This document shows, piece by piece, positions 60,846 through 64,000 of a stretch of 64,000 bases of DNA. Where the stretch lies: contig OU015568.1 in NCBI GenBank assembly GCA_907165135.1, positions 8,742,001 to 8,806,000 of the forward strand, written 5' to 3'. The notes beneath the pieces are model-generated. The model was given only the letters and a program-made list of their open reading frames with translations. It searched no databases and was not told the origin of the DNA. Numbering within the stretch: position 1 is the first letter of the stretch; every line of letters starts with the position of its first letter. Source of the DNA: Oikopleura dioica (Eukaryota > Animalia > Chordata). The position numbers and the translations under genes are program-made.

Positions 60846-62721
60846 TTAGAAAAACTCGAACTCGACAGGGAAATGATCAGAAATCTGTTCAGTGATCGGC
60901 TCGCCGTCGTAGAAGATCGAATCAGTGTCGTAGTAGTTCTGGTAGTCAAAAACTTGCCCGGAGCCGGCGACGACGTTGTTCTGAATTTGACCAGAGAGGA
61001 CAATGTGATCGTACGCGCAAATCGTGCTCGACACGGTTGTATCGTCATCAAAGGAGATGAGCCACGAGTTGGTCCCGGAAGAAAAGAGCGTCAAATCCTC
61101 TGGATCACGAACGTAGTCGCAGTCTGCATTGAAATCGCCAGCGATGATGACGTCATCAAGAGATGGATGACGGCTTCGAAGATCGTCCTCGACATCTTTC
61201 AAGTGATTGATCTCGTTTTCTGTGTCCATGTTGGTCACTCCTGTCACGGGCTTCAAATGAGCAGAGATAATTCCGACTTTTTGAGTCTTGAAATTAGGTG
61301 CGTTCTGGCTGGTGCGCTCCAGAACGAGAACTGTTGGTGGTCGCTCGAACCAGGCGGTTGTCGTATCGTTGAAATCGTATCCATCGACCTGAGAATGCAC
61401 ATTGAAATAGAGTTCTATTGAGAAAAATACCTTGGAAAACATATTCCGATCCCAGATGAATCCAACTTGTTCCTTGCTCGTGGTTGTTCCTTGTCGCTCT
61501 CCAGTGAACCAATCGTACTTGTCGTCAGCGAGGTTGATGTCACCAACGAGATTTGGGAACGCAGATTGGGTAGAATCACGGATTTCCTATAAAAATAAAT
61601 TTCTAACTTGTTGGGTGTTTTCGGCAGGCCTGAATAGTAGCAATATCGTAGCGCTGGAGGATCTCGACGATCTGGTTTTTGACAGGCTCCTTCCCGTACT
61701 TGGTTGTTCCAAAGACTTGAATGTTGAAACTCGAAACTACAGACTGATTAAAAGGACAATCGAAGCCTTCAATGTGAAGGAAATAACATACATTTCGTAG
61801 CAGGAGGATCAAGATGATGACAAAGAGCATCGTTGCCAGCGCAGAAGCAGTTGTATCGAGAAGAGTAAAAATAGGCATGAATGGCATTTGTGTCAGCGAA
61901 ATCCTTTACATTTGTAGCGCCGTTTGACTAGAGTGTTAAGTGATTTAAGCTGTTAAAATTTTTCACTCCACCTCCAGAGCGAAGATCAATGCCATCTTCT
62001 GATCAATTGCAAGATTTTCATATCCCGCTTTGGAGTTTAATCTAACTTGAGTCTGCCCCTTCTGCTCATCTCGATAGATATCCGCGAGTTCTAATCGTGA
62101 GAAACCCGAAACAGTGACATCTTCTGGCAAAACGGTCGGAATGACGAGCAAGAATGAATATCCATCAGTCGCTTCTGCTGCAGTATTTTTGAAAAACAAG
62201 TTGAACATGACAAAACTCGCATCACCCTCGGCATATCGTTGACCGTAGTTTCTGTTGAGCGTGGATTTCTGAGACGTTGATCCAACTTTCTTGTCCGGCT
62301 TCAAGCAGCATCCGAACTCGGGGAACTTGTTTTGCTCTCCGCTTCCCCAGTTGCCGCCGTAAGTGTAGTGACAAGCATTATCAGCGTTGCACTGAAAATT
62401 TTTAATTTGAAAAGCCAAAAAGACTCAAAAAATTCTCTCATAAAAAATCCTCTTTGATAACTGACCTTGCATTTAGCCCAATGGCTCCAAGACCTGGAGC
62501 TTAATTCCCAGCCATTTTGGCACTTTACTTTGCACTGTTCATTATTCGCAATCGAACCCAAATGACAATCATTCAAAGTCGTTGCTTGTGCAATACTCTT
62601 AAATCAAAGTTCCATCTCTATTTCAGACCCGCTCTAGTTTTACCGAATAAAAGGGATCGTCAGCCAAGGGCTCGCAATTCTGCGCAAAAGCGGCGGAAAC
62701 AACTCCGGCGAGTAATCTCAT
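60846..62721 (-). CDS. Secreted modular DNase I: signal peptide + Cys-rich/sushi-like + beta-rich module + DNase I domain; 7 exons
   Basis: Phase-consistent splicing runs from MRLLAGVVSAAFA (62721) to ATK|FSSFNIQVFG. DNase I motifs Q|EIRD, ISAHLKP, GDFNADC, CAYD and ISDHFPVE are intact; stop at 60846. Confidence 0.85.
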
Positions 62722-63311
62722 CGGGGATCAACTGCTACTGACTTTCAAATTGGAGAGCTCTTTTTTCTGACAATCAAAATGCCCAGAGGCCGACAGGGGT
62801 TAAAACATGCGCAGGTCAAAGAAAACGTCATCAAAGATTATTTTTTATGACAGGTGAGGAAAATAAATCCAGTTTTTTCGAATTAAAATTCTTGGTTCAA
62901 ATTGGAACTTACTTGCGCAAGGGTTAAAAAGAGGATTGAAATCATCATCTTATTTCATTATTTTCTCGAAGAAGATAAATTTGTCGATGTTTTTTGGGAA
63001 AAAGCGGCGATTTGTATGTTTTGTTGAATTTGAAGGAAATCAGGAAATTGAAAAATACGGTAAAATCGATCGATTTTTCCTCAAATTCGTTTCGAAATGC
63101 TGATCGAGCTAGAACAACTTAGGTACACGTGAAAACCGGCCGCTCGGGCTCATTTCTAAACGATTAAACACGTTTGTGCAGCAGTTGCTAAGCGGATCCG
63201 GTCTTGAGCCTGATCCTCGTTAGCCGATATCATCCGCTTGATGTCACCATATTCTTTCATTTAAATCTTCATGCGGAAGTCATCTTCTACCATTTTGAAA
63301 GAGAGGAAAGG

Positions 63312-63892
63312 ATGAAGTTGTTTTTCTTCCTGGCGCTTTGCGTCGGACTTTTATCTGCTCAAAACGGGAGCGGGAAGGCGCAGAAGAAGTACAACAAGAA
63401 ACTTGAGCGAAAGAGAAGAAAGGGAGTTCCAGTTTCCGCCGAGGAAATTAAAGATCTTGAGAGACGATTCAATCTCGCCCCACGAGCAGAACAACCGACC
63501 CTCAGAGCATCGCAAGAAGAGATTGAATTCCAAGAAACGGCGAAGGAAGTTTTAGAGAGCATCCCAGATGAGTTCAAAAAGTTCGTCCAAACGGAGAAGA
63601 ACAGAGTCAGCACTGCAGGAAACACGGCCGCAAATCCTGAAAAGCTTCAGCATTGCTTCACGTGCTCAGGTTTTTATTAAACAAGGGAAAAGTTCTTGAG
63701 CGAGATTTTTCAGTAAACGTGGATGTAAACAGCGGAGAGGACCCCTGGACAAAGTGCATTCAGAGTGGTGCGATGTTGGAGTGCCGTGGGGACGAAAATT
63801 CATGCTTTACGATTGAAAGGCGACAGGCCGCGAAACCGTACATGGTTCAGATGGGATGCAAGCAGGTTACTTCTTGCTTGAATTCCGTTCCG
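63312..63892 (+). CDS. Secreted protein with a basic/helical N-terminus and a Ly6/uPAR-like Cys-rich domain; continues beyond the window
   Basis: Signal peptide MKLFFFLALCVGLLSA; HCFTCS|...KC...EC..DENSCFTIERR...MGCKQVTSC; donor at ~63893. Confidence 0.7.
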
Positions 63893-64000
63893 TAAGTATT
63901 CCATTAAAAACCTATAAATTATAGCCTATAATTAAGAGCCATAATAGCAGAAACAAGTGAAGACTTTGTAAATTTTAAGGCAATACACTTGACGATAATA

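Noticed and set aside
61603-61887. Standalone DNase I with its own signal anchor (MPFMPIFTLL...)
   Set aside because: The hydrophobic stretch is an off-frame reading of the upstream exon plus intron. Canonical phase-consistent splicing from the upstream exons explains the region better, though cDNA is needed.

Overview
Compact, intron-rich animal genomic DNA, not prokaryotic. Introns are mostly 40-55 nt, some splice donors are non-canonical, TTAGGG repeats occur, and many genes encode secreted Cys-rich proteins. This best fits a larvacean tunicate such as Oikopleura (inference). Genes in order: MRL-family adaptor (lamellipodin/RIAM-like, +); vWA-domain gene; tandem trio of MG-N-start coiled-coil + atypical RING genes (-); Gfi1/senseless zinc-finger gene (-); OGFOD3-like 2OG-oxygenase fold (+); small unknown genes; a secreted acidic protein (-); a ~25 kb dystrophin gene (+); a Zn-ribbon/coiled-coil gene; a sPLA2-like gene lacking catalytic residues; a DNase I fused to a ~240 aa extracellular module (all -); and a secreted Cys-rich gene running off the end. 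The dystrophin has a very large acidic disordered insert, a truncated C-terminus, candidate internal first exons and candidate nested antisense genes. At least eight non-autonomous DNA-transposon or foldback elements are present (hAT-like, pogo-like, TTAA/Kolobok-like). All exon models were built by hand and need cDNA confirmation. No rRNA, tRNA or CRISPR array was found.
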